64,000 nt of DNA from assembly GCF_009914755.1 (NCBI RefSeq), contig NC_060929.1. The stretch is one strand, 5' to 3'. A program made the position numbers and the translations under genes. Below are positions 12,893-29,925 of the stretch, piece after piece. The first letter of the stretch is position 1, and each line of letters begins with the position of its first letter. The stretch comes from the human T2T-CHM13v2.0 reference genome, Homo sapiens. The notes under the pieces are model-generated. The model saw nothing but the letters and a program-made list of their open reading frames with translations, was not told the origin of the DNA and did no database searches.

Positions 12893-14979
12893 AGGTGATG
12901 GTGGTACCTTTACTACTGGATTCAAAGTGATCATGTAGCTTGTGAGTTCCTGTGGTGTATGCAAGACTGATTTAAAGTGGGAGTGCAGTCTCTACCTCAA
13001 TGAAGTGTTGGTTGTTAAAGGTTTACTTCCTCTATGCCTATTTTAATGCTCCTTACTTATTAGCTGAAACTGAAGGAATGCATTTGGCCAGGATCCCAAA
13101 TTGCCAACTCATTCATCAGTCATTGCTTCATGTTCCTAGGAGGCATGTATATCAAATACTGCACCAGACGCAATTACTGAATAGCGAGTTATAGAAATCT
13201 CATGAGATAACTCTAGGACCCGCTCTGCTGGTGTCTCAGCAGAACCACACATAGTTGAGAGGATTCCTTTTGCCTCTCCAGACTAAGGTGTCTCCTTGGT
13301 CCCTCTCTTCTGGATTCACTCCTTATCTTAGTCTTCTTGACACACACTGCCATTCTCCCTAATGAAGAGGTGTAGAAAAGTGAGTTCAAATAGAGAATTT
13401 CCCTGTAAGATCTAGAATAGAGCTGGATTAAGTGGCTTACTTCCTAATAATAAAGTTTCCAGTGGAAAGGTGACACCAAGATATTTTCCCTTGGAAGATA
13501 GAAAAATGCCATCCCAAAGTTTACAAACATGGATGTCTTTTAAATTTGAGATTGTAATTTATTTTTGCAGAAGCTTAACATTTTGATGGGAAAAGCCACT
13601 TGAGTTAGCTCTTTTACTTAAACACATATAAGGCAAATACCTTTTTTCACCCTATCATTGGGGAAAAAACTAGAATGCATTCATATAACACAAACTAGAT
13701 GCTTTAGCATCTAGTTAAATGTTTTGTTTAGTAATTGGAAGAATTTTGCCTCTGCAAAATTAGGTATGGTTTTCTCTTAAATTTGGAGTTAGGCCACTCT
13801 GTACTTGAAATTATAATTTTTTTTGTAGGGGGGAGGTACATATGTGTATATGAGTTTGTGTTTCATAGCATGTGTGTTATTCAGTTGCTTCTAGGAAATT
13901 GGAAGTAGGACTTTGATTGTGGCAAAGGCAACATACAGAATTGGTCTTCTTGCCTAATGTTAGAGGTGAAATCAAGATTTTGACTAAGCTGGTATAAGAC
14001 TTGCTAGGCTGGATTACTGGTATCCTACATTTGGTGTTATCTCAGATTGACTAATCCACACTTTGAAAAATACATTCTCAAACTTATGGATTCCTACAGG
14101 GTTTCTGGCCTAGTCTTTGACGTCAGATCAAATGCTTGGGTAGTTAAGCAACTCCAAGGGAATGGCTACTCCCAAAGCTCAATATCCTAGGAAAAGGCTA
14201 CTTTTGGATAAATACAAGACAGCCTTGGATTTGGAGGACAAAAAGATGCTATTTTCTTTCTAGGGCTAGTGAACTCTGGGGCATGGGGATTAGTGTGGAG
14301 ATAGGGCAGGAGCCAGATAGGGAGCTGGCCCAGGAAGCACCTCTGAGGTCATATTCAGACCTGCGGACTCTTGGAGTGATAAATTTTAGCAAGAATCATT
14401 AATTTACTCTGGTTTGCTTCTATTATCTCCTAGCCACAATTAAGTATTATTAAAAGTTACCAGCTGATCTCTGGTGACTGAGGAGCCCTGGTGCATGTTT
14501 CAGGACTGACAAAAGTGGGAGAATTTTCCCCTCCCTGAGGCCAGAATAGGAGGACTGGGAGCAGGCACAGCAGACGACAGTTGAGTTCGGCAGAGAAGCC
14601 TCCCATTAGGGTGTGGTTAGAAAGGACAGAGTGTGACAGGACAACAAGGAAACTCCACTAGAGGAAGCTGGGGACTTTGGCTAGGGCAGAAATTAATGAG
14701 CATTCTTGGAAACTGCTGAGCTGATCTAGGCCTAGATTCCAGGAATTGGGGTAATGGGAACTTATGTCATAATAATTTGGGAATACAAAAGAAGTGCAAA
14801 CTCATTTCCTAGTCACGGGCTGGCGAGGAATCATGAGGTTACGTTGATTACTCGATTTGGAATCTCATCCTGCATGTCTTAGGTCTCCCAACAAATGAGG
14901 GGCTTTCCTTTGTGGGAGGAGGCCTAGGCCCTTCTGCTTGTTCCAACTGCATAGAAAGGAGGAAAGAGAAGAGCTTTAG

Positions 14980-15329
<350 letters not shown>

Positions 15330-16732
15330 GAGAACACTTTTAATATTGTATTTTCCTCCCACTAAAGATTTTAGCTTCTAGCGCTCCTTAGCCATGATGT
15401 ACTGAGAACTGCATTGAATCTGTGACCCACTTCAGACCTTTTCCTCTGTGGGTGACATAAGCTGGCTAATGTCAGACATCGAGGCCACTATCACCTAGTT
15501 CTTTCTGTTGCTGATGCCCTTGGCCCCTGTGGTCCCTCGCCTGCTTCTGCCGCCATGTCTGCATCACTCACTCACTTTCTCTCAACCAGGGCCCGGCATC
15601 CATTAGGCACCATGAGCATGGTGTTGAAGACCCAGGGATTTTCAAAAGCTTACAATGATGATTAAGTCATGAAAAAATCCTATTGCCTCCAAAATACACC
15701 ATGAAAAAAACTGACTAAACAAACAAAACCTTCAAAGTAAGAAATAATAAATCTTGAATTAACAGTCCATAAGTCTTCTTTCATCACTATATATAAATTT
15801 CTTTTAATGTGGGGCATAGCTGCATTTGAAAACATTTGTTGTTATGTAAGGTGGGTGTGGTTTCCAAAACTGAGAGCTCTTGGGGTCTATGAGGGCCTTA
15901 AAATAGAAGCTAGTTTTCCCTGCCCCATTTAATCTCTTACCTCCCCTCAAATCTTTTTCATATTATCCTGTCATCCTCCACCACTCAGCTTTTTTTCAGC
16001 TAAACAGCTGGGATATCATCCAGCAGAAAAAATATAATAAAAGCCCAGTGAAGAAAGAAATGCATTTTCTTCCCAAGGCCAAAGTCCCTGGTGCTTAGAG
16101 GACTTGTACTACAGGACACCGACTTGAAGCTCTTGCCATCTGGCCTGGGGTTAAACAGGTGTTCTGTTGAAAGGCAAGTAACTCAGGCTGGAGAGAAAAG
16201 TGAGATGCTGCATGGTTGATTTCTTCTCAGCCAGTCCCCCGTGAGCAGGATCCTTTTTCAACCTGCACCTGCATCTTCCATCCATCCAAAGCTGGGGTCG
16301 TGTGGGGATTGGAGCAACTGGTTGCTGTTTTGCAGTATCCTTGGGGGCTGGACTTTCCTGGTACCAAGAAGGCACTTTCCCTTTTTTGATCATGGAGGGC
16401 CCGATTCTAAATATGTAAAACTGAAATATATAAAAAACTGGAGAGAAAGTTTCTGAATTACATTTTTCATCAATTCTTTAGATTTGCAGTTACTGTTTTG
16501 GGTGTGGGTAATACATGAAACAGGTAGGGCTTGGATATCTGTCCTTTCTAATCAATACGTCATTCTGTCTAGCTCCCAGGCTCAGGAAGCAGAATCTCAA
16601 AGCCCCCTTGGGGAACTGAGTATTTAGGCTGGAAGATGCAAGTTGTGAAATACGAACCATAGACGAGTCCTGGCAAGGTGGCAATTTTTAGCAGTAGAGC
16701 ATTAAGACCAATAAGCTTAATCTGAAGTACGT

Positions 16733-17508
<776 letters not shown>

Positions 17509-17719
17509 CACATGAACCACTGGAAAGTGAAAAATTCACCTGGCACTATGTCAACACCATCACTCCAAGTCCAGTGTGCTGGTGCCAAAGACGGATCATG
17601 GTCTGTCTACTTGGCCTTACTCCAGTCCTGGCCTGATTTTATATCCCATTCCTGTTAGTGAGTCATAGTTCAATGGTTGTTGTCATGATCCCCAAAGATC
17701 AATGGATTGGGACGTCAGG

Positions 17720-18130
17720 TGACCTGGATTATGGCCATTAATTAGTGGAAGGATTTGGTGCAAAACCCTTAATCCTTCTGTGTATAAATTTCTCATCCAT
17801 CAAATGAGCACAGTCATACAGTACATGTCTTACAGAGTTGTATGAGAGTAAAATGGGGTAGAATACTCTAGAAACTTTGGTATAGATGTAGGAACATCCT
17901 GTGTAAGGGAACTGTGGTCACATGGAAAAATAATGAGGGGAGGGACCAAGGTCCTAGTTTGTGCTTTGCCATTCACTAATTGTTGAGTTTAGTGCTTCAT
18001 TTTAGCTGGGGCTCTGGTGCCTCAAGTGTGCATAACCATTATTATATCTCAGAAGTGTTGCAAAGGATAAATGAGATACTGTAAGTGAAAAGGTCCTTAC
18101 GGACTACAAAGTGCTATGCAAATGTTAGTT
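17720..18130 (+). mobile_element. Two degenerate MIR fragments
   Basis: 'tttctcatccatcaaatgag' and 'aaggataaatgagatactgtaagtgaaa...aagtgctatgcaaatgttagt'. Confidence 0.55.
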
Positions 18131-18269
18131 AATCAAAATAGTGATTAATTTGGTGCATTGCTATTCTCAAGCTGATTAGCTGGCTTATTTCGCTTTAATT
18201 AAACATTTTGGTTATTATAGTCCTGATAAATCTCAGATTTATTGAATGTTGGATTCACAAGGCTGGCCT

Positions 18270-19018
18270 CTAACATGTTCCCAACCACACTGGGAAGAGG
18301 AGAAAGCAGGACTGCTGTTCCTGGTAGCCCTTTCCATGTGCAAGCACTCTGTACAGGTCCTTGGGGATGCCAGCATGTTCCAACACTGCCCTTTCAGCTG
18401 CTTTTGCAACTGGAGGCTCAGAGGTGGGTTCCAGGAGGATGGTCCCATTGATGCTTGGGAATGCTGTGTTTGGCATCACTGCTTGACTTGGGGATTTCTG
18501 TTGGAACACTTGACCACAGCTTCCTGGAACTTGCCTGCTGTCTGGCTGGATGCAAAGTAGGGAATCAGATTTAAAATGTTTAGACAAAGTCAGGATGACA
18601 GAGTCCCAAACTTGTTGGCCTCCAGGTCGGGGGGCATGACTTTTGTTTTGCTTTGTGGGGTGCTTATCCTTGGAGTTCTGTGGGTTTTCTGGAAAGGCAT
18701 TGCTGGGTGGGGACCAAACCACTGAGTGGACTTCCTGTTTCCTTGTGTTGTGCCCTTTCTCCTCTGGCTCATCAGAGGCCACGCTGTTGACATCAACAGT
18801 GTGCAGGGAAGAAAGCTCAAGATTGCTGCTCCTGCTCTTTTTCCCTTTCACCTGGCTTTGCTGCTTCGAGATTTGAAGTATGCTGAACTTCAGTTCCAGA
18901 TTGTTAAGGCTGCAAATGGATAATCTTGCTCTCGGGTCTGAGAAGCAAAGCTCTATACGAAAACTGCCTGTTCTATCTTTCCATCTGTTTAGCCCCACAA
19001 TAATCCCACAGAGGGAAA
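18270..19018 (-). pseudogene. Candidate terminal exon (~250 open codons) of an unidentified minus-strand gene or pseudogene
   Basis: Longest non-L1 ORF in the window; preceded on the minus strand by T39-gcccaacttgctacAG. The phase-1 frame reads (V)SLCGIIVGLNRWKDR...WLGTC*. No homologue recognised. Confidence 0.35.
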
Positions 19019-19032
19019 CTGTAGCAAGTTGG

Positions 19033-19034
<2 letters not shown>

Positions 19035-19073
<39 letters not shown>
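19035..19073 (+). repeat. A39 homopolymer not attached to a visible retroelement
   Basis: Read directly; forms the polypyrimidine tract of the acceptor at 19019-19020 on the minus strand. Confidence 0.95.
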
Positions 19074-19074
<1 letters not shown>

Positions 19075-19324
19075 CCACTATTTGTCTACACGTTAAAATC
19101 TCAGAAGCCCCAGCAATTTCAGGAAAGATGTTCTAGGGCTTCAAGCAGGGCTTCAAGACAAACCAGTGGTCATGTTAATGGAGTCATGGGCCATGTGCAA
19201 GTAAGAGAAAGTCAGAAATAAACAAGTAGAAGTAGTCATTTCCCGAAGATAGATGATTGCCTATATTTATGTGACTTCAAGCAGAAGAATAATGAAAGCA
19301 GGTTCTCTTGTTCTTATATCTTAC

Positions 19325-19506
19325 CGAAGACTGGAATAAAAAATATCTGAGGGGTTGAGATTGGCTTTTTGCTTATAGGCTATAGTACAAGTGGTGCAGC
19401 CAGAATGAGTAGTGTTTACAAGAAGTTAGTCAATTGCCTTTGGTTGATTTTGTTTCTGGTACAGTTTGCTGTCTAGTCACCATGTAAATATCTTAAATAA
19501 GAAGTG
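19325..19506 (-). pseudogene. Candidate 182-nt internal exon, disabled
   Basis: Acceptor ttgtttgttttcAG and donor TCG|gtaaga; the frame joining the next exon ends ...PQIFFIPVF and contains three stops. Confidence 0.35.
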
Positions 19507-20699
19507 CTGAAAACAAACAAAACAAACAAAAAATGAGAAATAAGGCAGGAACCAGGAGCTCAAAAATTCACAGGTTTATTGCAAATCCATGAAGGGATAC
19601 AAGACAGTTATACAAGGATAGATTTTTCTTCCTCTTTATATCATGAATGTTCTTTTTAAGTACATTTAAATGTGATTTTATAGAAGAAACTTATATGATC
19701 TTTTCTCTTTGGAGAAGAGTTGGTCCTTGATCTTCCTCTTTGCCTCCCTAAACTGAGAGCCTCTTCAGAGGGTATTTAAGTTGGAGGCGACTCAACATTG
19801 GGAAGACTTGACATACTGCCTCAGTTGGTCAGCTGCAGGTGTCATGGGAGCTAGAATCGTAGGCGTTGAAGCATTGTAAGGGGAAGCTGATTCCTTTCAC
19901 TCCTACTGGAAAGCTGTTCTTGGAGTAAGAAATAGGAGTGGCAAGGGGTTTTGATGTTGAAAGGTATCTGTAGAACAGTTGCCCTGTTTTCTTGGGTTGA
20001 CCACATTTCCCTCAGGTCAGGCTGTGAATCAGCGAGAGTTGGTTCTCATGCTGTTTGGACTCAAAGAGCCCCTTTTTGCTCTGCTGATAAGAGATAGAAG
20101 CAGAGAAAGCAGACCAGAACCAGAAGCACATCTTGAGGACAGCCTGTTCTCTCCAGTTCTTCCTGCAAAAGAGAGAAAAGTAGGAAAGCATCTTCTTCCT
20201 CTTTTTAGATGGACTAAACATGGTGATAAAGGCAGTGAAGTTTCTGGTACTGCTGTTGGCAAAGGGGCAGCATAGTACAGGGAACTCCTGTGGTTTCTGC
20301 AGGGCAGAAGCTATTGTCTAGAAAAGGGGTGCAGTGGTAACTTTCAATGATAAGTATATGAACTTTCTTGTCTTCAGTTGGTGACAGAGGGCAGCGCCCA
20401 GTAGTGAAGCACAGAGACCATGAGAGCAGGAGAAGAAGCTGACTTGTACAAAACACTCAAGCCATCTAAAACAGACTCCTATAGATGCCACATCCACACA
20501 CAGGTAATAATGGGATTTGAAACTTGTACAAAACACCTAGCTGTGTGTAAAAGGAGGATGGTGCTGGCAGAGGGCTCAGGCCTTGGCTTGTGAAGGACTA
20601 CATTTAGCTCTGAGTAACTGGAAAAAGGAATCTCAGTGCGGCTGAGGCTCATCAAACTATCATCATCATTATCATCATTGTCATCATCATCATCATTCC

Positions 20700-20885
20700 T
20701 TCTATAAATAGTTCTCTTTGTTCTGTGACAAATAGTGTCCTAAGTGTTTTATACATATTATTTCACTTTTGGTAAATGTAGAAACAGACCCATATAGAGA
20801 GAGTTTCATCCAATTTCTTGTATAGCTTGTATGCAGTAGTTAGAGTTTGAACCCATGACACCTGGTGGCCAGGCCTGGGCCTTTG
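20700..20885 (-). mobile_element. MIR fragment preceded by a (CAT)n microsatellite at 20658-20697
   Basis: 'gtgtcctaagtgttttatacatattatttcact' and 'agagtttgaacccatg'. Confidence 0.6.
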
Positions 20886-21419
20886 GCAACCACGATGTGC
20901 TACCTCTGAAGTCATGTTATGCAGCCTTATATGAAGGAAGGAACCAAGAAGTTTCCTTTGTGCAGGATTTGGGACTTTTTCCAATCGTCACCATGCAGTT
21001 TATCTTAAGAAGTACTGAAGTACAGTCTCCCTGGTTGGAGGCTGCAGTCTATGAGAGGTAGGTGTGTCCTGGGACCATCTTGAGACTGCTGCTGAAGGAA
21101 TGCAGGACCCACCTTTGTGTCTAACTGTTGCCAGTGAGGAAGTGAGAGACTGAGGTGATGGGGGAACTTTGTGTTCCAAGTTTCTTTTTTTGGTTAGGAT
21201 TTTTTTTTTTTATTATTATACTTTAAGTTTTAGGGTACATGTGCACATTGTGCAGGTTAGTTACATATGTATACATGTGCCATGCTGGTGCGCTGCACCC
21301 ACTAACTCGTCATCTAGCATTAGGTATATCTCCCAATGCTATCCCTCCCCCCTCCCCCCACCCCACCACAGTCCCCAGAGTGTGATATTCCCCTTCCTGT
21401 GTCCATGTGATATCATTGT

Positions 21420-25247
<3,828 letters not shown>

Positions 25248-25310
25248 TATGATGTTAGCTGGTTATTTTGCTCGTTAGTTGATGCAGTTTCTTCCTACTC
25301 TTGATGGTCT

Positions 25311-26318
25311 TTACATTTTGGCATGATTTTGCAGCGGCTGGTACCGGTTGTTCCTTTCCATGTTTAGTGCTTCCTTCAGGAGCTCTTTTAGGGCAGGCCT
25401 GGTGGTGACAAAATCTCTCAGCATTTGCTTGTCTGTAAAGTATTTTATTTCTCCTTCACTTATGAAGCTTAGTTTGGCTGGATATGAAATTCTGGGTTGA
25501 AAATTCTTTTCTTTAAGAATGTTGAATATTGGCCGCCACGCTCTTCTGGCTTGTAGGGTTTCTGCCGAGAGATCCGCTGTTAGTCTGATGGGCTTCCCTT
25601 TGAGGGTAACCCGACCTTTCTCTCTGGCTGCCCTTAACATTTTTTCCTTCATTTAAACTTTGGTGAATCTGACAATTATGTGTCTTGGAGTTGCTCTTCT
25701 CGAGGAGTATCTTTGTGGCATTCTCTGTATTTCCTGAATCTGAACGTTGGCCTGCCTTGCTAGATTGGGGAAGTTCTCCTGGATAATATCCTGCAGAGTG
25801 TTTTCCAACTTGGTTCTATTCTCCCCATCACTTTCAGGTACACCAATCAGACGTAGATTAGGTCTTTTCACATAGTCCCATATTTCTTGGAGGCTTTGCT
25901 CATTTCTTTTTATTCTTTTTTCTCTAAACTTCCCTTCTTGCTTCATTTCATTCATTTCATCTTCCATCGCTGATACCCTTTCTTCCAGTTGGCTCCTGAG
26001 GCTTCTGCATTCTTCACGTAGTTCTTGAGCCTTGGTTTTCAGCTCCATCAGCTCCTTTAAGCACTTCTCTGTATTGGTTATTCTAGTTATACATTCTTCT
26101 ACAGTTTTTTCAAAGTTTTCAACTTCTTTGCCTTTGGTTTGAATGTCCTCCCGTAGCTCAGAGTAATTTGATTGTCTAAAGCCTTCTTCTCTCAGCTCGT
26201 CAAAGTCATTCTCTGTCCAGCTTTGTTCCGTTGCTGGTGAGGAACTGCGTTCCTTTGGAGGAGGAGAAGCGCTCTGCGTTTTAGAGTTTCCCATTTTTCT
26301 GTTCTGTTTTTTCCCCAT
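25311..26318 (-). pseudogene. L1 ORF1p, disabled
   Basis: MGKKQNRK...QNHAKM with a stop at 25653-25655 and a 3-codon deletion (SLRS---QLEERV). Confidence 0.95.
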
Positions 26319-26772
26319 CTTTGTGGTTTTCTCTACTTTTGGTCTTTGATGATGGTGATGTACAGATGGGTTTTTGGTGTGGATGTCCTTTCTGTTTGTT
26401 AGTTTTCCTTCTAACAGACAGGACCCTCAACTGCAGGTCTGTTGGAATACCCTGCCGTGTGAGCTGTCAGTGTGCCCCTGCTGGGGGGTGCCTCCCAGTT
26501 AGGCTGCTTGGGGGTCAGGGGTCAGGGACCCACTTGAGGAGGCAGTCTGCCCATTCTCAGATCTCCAGCTGCGTGCTGGGAGAACCACTGCTCTCTTCAA
26601 AGCTGTCAGACAGGGACATTTAAGTCTGCAGAGGTTACTGCTGTCTTTTTTTTGTCTGTGCCCTGCCCCCAGAGGTGGAGCCTGCAGAGGCAGGCAGGCT
26701 TCCTTGAGCTGTGGTGGGCTCCACCCAGTTCGAGCTTCCCAGCTGCTTTGTTTACCTCAGCAAGCCTGGGCA

Positions 26773-27081
26773 ATGGCGGGCGCCCCTCCCCCAGCCTCGC
26801 TGCCGCCTTGCAGTTTGATCTCAGACTGCTGTGCTAGCAATCAGCGAGACTCCATGGGCGTAGGACCCTCCGAGCCAGGTGAGAGATGTAATCTCGTGGT
26901 GCGCCGTTTTTTTAAGCCGGTCCGAAAAGCGCAATATTCGGGTGGGAGTGACCCGATTTTCCAGGTGCGTCTGTCACCCCTTTCTTTGACTTGGAAAGGG
27001 AACTCCCTGACCCCTTGCGCTTCCCAAGTGACGCAGTGCCTTGCCCTGCTTCGGCTCGTGCACGGTGCGCGCACCCACTGA
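26773..27081 (+). CDS. L1 ORF0 variant (102 aa, frameshifted C-terminus) under the L1 antisense promoter
   Basis: ATG at 26773 gives MAGAPPPASLPPCSLISDCCASNQRDS...; a longer T-run after LVVRRF shifts the frame. Expression unknown. Confidence 0.6.
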   Translation: MAGAPPPASLPPCSLISDCCASNQRDSMGVGPSEPGERCNLVVRRFFKPVRKAQYSGGSDPIFQVRLSPLSLTWKGNSLTPCASQVTQCLALLRLVHGARTH

Positions 27082-27964
27082 CCTGCGCCCACTGTCTGGC
27101 ACTCCCTAGTGAGATGAACCCGGTACCTCAGATGGAAATGCAGAAATCACCTGTCTTCTGCGTCGCTCACGCTGGGAGCTGTAGACCGGAGCTATTCCTA
27201 TTCGGCCATCTTGGCTCCTCCTTCTGTGTTCCAAGTTTCTAACTCCTGCCTCAGAGCTGTAATGAAAATGGAAGTTTGTGTCTTCACAGAACCAACCGAT
27301 GCTTGCCTTGCTGTGACTCGCTGTGAGCCAATATAGGTGCAGTTACGTGCATTTTAAACTTTTTTGTTCTACAGATGTCTGTTCAGTCTTCCTGTGGTAA
27401 GACTAATTTCTTTCCTAGAAGCATCTCAATACTATCATGTTTCAAATCCCATTATTAGCTGTGTGTGGATGTGGCATCTGTAGGAGTCTTACGGTTTTAG
27501 ACGGTTTAAGTCAATATCATTGTGCATGAAAATTTAGAATTTTTCTAGCTCCCTGGTGCAGTTCCTTTCTTCATAACATAATAACCATCTTTATCCTTAA
27601 CAAATTTTTTGCCTCAAACTCCATTTATTTTGATATTAACATAGCTATTCCAGTTTTCTTTTGATTTGTATTTTTCCAGTATATGTTTTTTATTCTTTTA
27701 ATTTAAACATTGATTTGTTCTCTTGATTTAAATGTGTCTACTCTAAAGAGCACAGAGGATGATTTTGCTCTTTTAATTAAATCTAGCAATCATTTTATAT
27801 GGACAAGTTTAGTCCACTTATTACTGAGGGATTTTGATTTATTTCAATCATATTGCTTTGTCTTTTTCCTGCCTTTTCTGTTTTTCTTTTCTTCTTATAT
27901 TTACTGACAAATGTTATTTTATTTTTGTCTAATGTTTTAGTGCCATTTTGTATTCCTGTTGCTT

Positions 27965-28645
27965 TATTAGTTCAGGTTCTCCAGAGAAACAGAACCAATA
28001 GCATGTGTGTGTGTGCATGTGTGTGTGTGCGTGTGTATATACCCTCACCCAATATATGAATATATATATGTGTGTATGTGTGTGTGTGTGTGTCAGCCTC
28101 CACAATTGTGTGAGCCAATTCCTTAAAATAAATCTCTCTTTCTCTCTCTCTCTCTATATATATGCCAGCCTCTACAATTGTGTGAGCCAACTTCTTAAGA
28201 AAAATATCACGTTTTCTCTCTCTCTCTATATGAGACATATGTCATATATATATAACACATATATATAAAATATGTCAGCCTCCAAAATCATGTAAGCCAA
28301 TTCCTTAAAATAAATATCATTTCCCTCCCCCCACCATCTGAGAGAGAAGCTGAAAAGTCCAAAATCCTCAGGGTAGGCCCACAGGCTGGAGACCTAGGGA
28401 AGAGTTGCAGTTCGAGTCAAAGGCAATCTGTTGGAAGAGTTTGCTTTGCCCTGGGGGAAGTGAGTGTTTTTCTTATGTCCTTCAGCTGTTTGGATGAGGC
28501 CCATCTACATTATGGTGGGCAATTTGCATAGTTCAAATGTTAATCCCATCCAAAGAAAATACCTTCATAGAAACATTGGTGGAGTTTGACCAAATACTTG
28601 GGTACCATGGCCAAGCCAACTGACACATAAAATTAACTATCACAA
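27965..28645 (-). mobile_element. MLT2 (ERVL) solo LTR with internal rearrangement
   Basis: 'tattagttcaggttctccagagaaacagaaccaatag' ... 'gacacataaaattaactatcaca'. Confidence 0.85.
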
Positions 28646-29225
28646 TTTCTCATTGGTTATTATTATTATTGGTACTTTGTAGAGTCTGAGATTTGTTTAG
28701 ATTTACCTACATGTTTACCTTTTTATTTTCTGCATGTAATTCACTTTTTTTCTAGACTTAAAGTACTGAACAAAAAATAACTATCAAACCCACAATGTCT
28801 TTTTTTGCCCAGACATGCTATTGTGAGTTAGAGACAATATGAAGACATTTTATCAGACATTTCAGAAAGTTTACCCTTACCAGAACTACTAAAGGTTTAC
28901 TTCAAAATGAAGTACTTTGAAAATTATTCCATGACTTCAGGATTTTAGTTTATTTTAAAAAGCCTGCTGTTAGCCTAGCTCTTGCTTCCATCCCTTCTTC
29001 CTTTTTGGTGGGTAATCCATTTTTTCTCTCTAGCTGCTTTAAGATCTCTATTTCTTGTGTCCTATGGTTTCACCAAAGTGAATTTAGATATGAAAATTTT
29101 ATTTATCATACCTTGAAATTATTATGCCTAATGTGTCTAAAAATCATGTTTTTGATCCATTCTGGAAAATTCTGAAAAATTTTCAGATGTTATTTTAAAT
29201 GTTGTCTCTCCCCTAATTCTCTCTC

Positions 29226-29925
29226 TTTTTTTAAAAAAAATTTTAAGTCCCATGGGACATGTGCAGGATGCGCAGGTTTGTTACATAGGTAAACGTGTGC
29301 CATGGTGGTTTGCTGCACCTATCAACCCATCACCCAGGTATTAAGCCCCCAGCATTTTTCCTGATGCTCTTCTCACCCCTACCTGGGCCTCCCCTGACAG
29401 GCCCCAGTGTGTGTTGTTCCCCTCCCTGTGTCCATGTGTTCTCATTGTTCAGCTCCCACTTATAAGTGAGAACATGCGGTGTTTTGTTTTCTGTTCCTGC
29501 CTTAGTTTGGTGAGGATAATGGCTTCCAGTTTCATTCATGTCCCTGCAAAGGACATGATTGCGTTCCTTTTTATGGCTGCATAGTATTCCGTGGGGTATA
29601 TGTATCATATTTTCTTTTTCCAATCTATCATTGATGGATATTTAGGTTAATTCCATGTCTTTGTGAATTGTGAATAATGCTGTAGTGAACATATGCGTGC
29701 ATGTATCTTTATAATAGAATGATTTATAATCCTTTAGATACCATCTCATGCCAGTCAGAATGGTGATTATTAAAAAGTCAAGAAACAACAGATGCTGGTG
29801 AGGTTGTGGAGAAATAGGAATGCTTTTACACTGTTGGTGGGAATGTAAATTAGTTCAACCATTGTGGGAGACAGTGTAGTGATTCCACAAAGATTTAGAA
29901 TAGGAAATACCATTTGATCCAGCAA
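29226..29925 (-). mobile_element. 5'-truncated, 5'-inverted L1PA (about PA8-13) 3' end
   Basis: Antisense 3'UTR/ORF2 end to about 29735, then sense ORF2 piece 29736-29925; 'aattctct' on both flanks. Confidence 0.9.

Noticed and set aside
13693-13716. 11-bp-arm palindrome aactagatgct-tt-agcatctagtt
   Set aside because: Real but isolated; no supporting context for a function.
18240-19073. Plus-strand processed pseudogene ending in the A39 run
   Set aside because: No polyadenylation signal, TSD or recognisable plus-strand protein.
21186-21212. 'ggttagga' interrupting the L1 tail as telomeric repeat or 3' transduction
   Set aside because: Only 8 nt, too short to assign.
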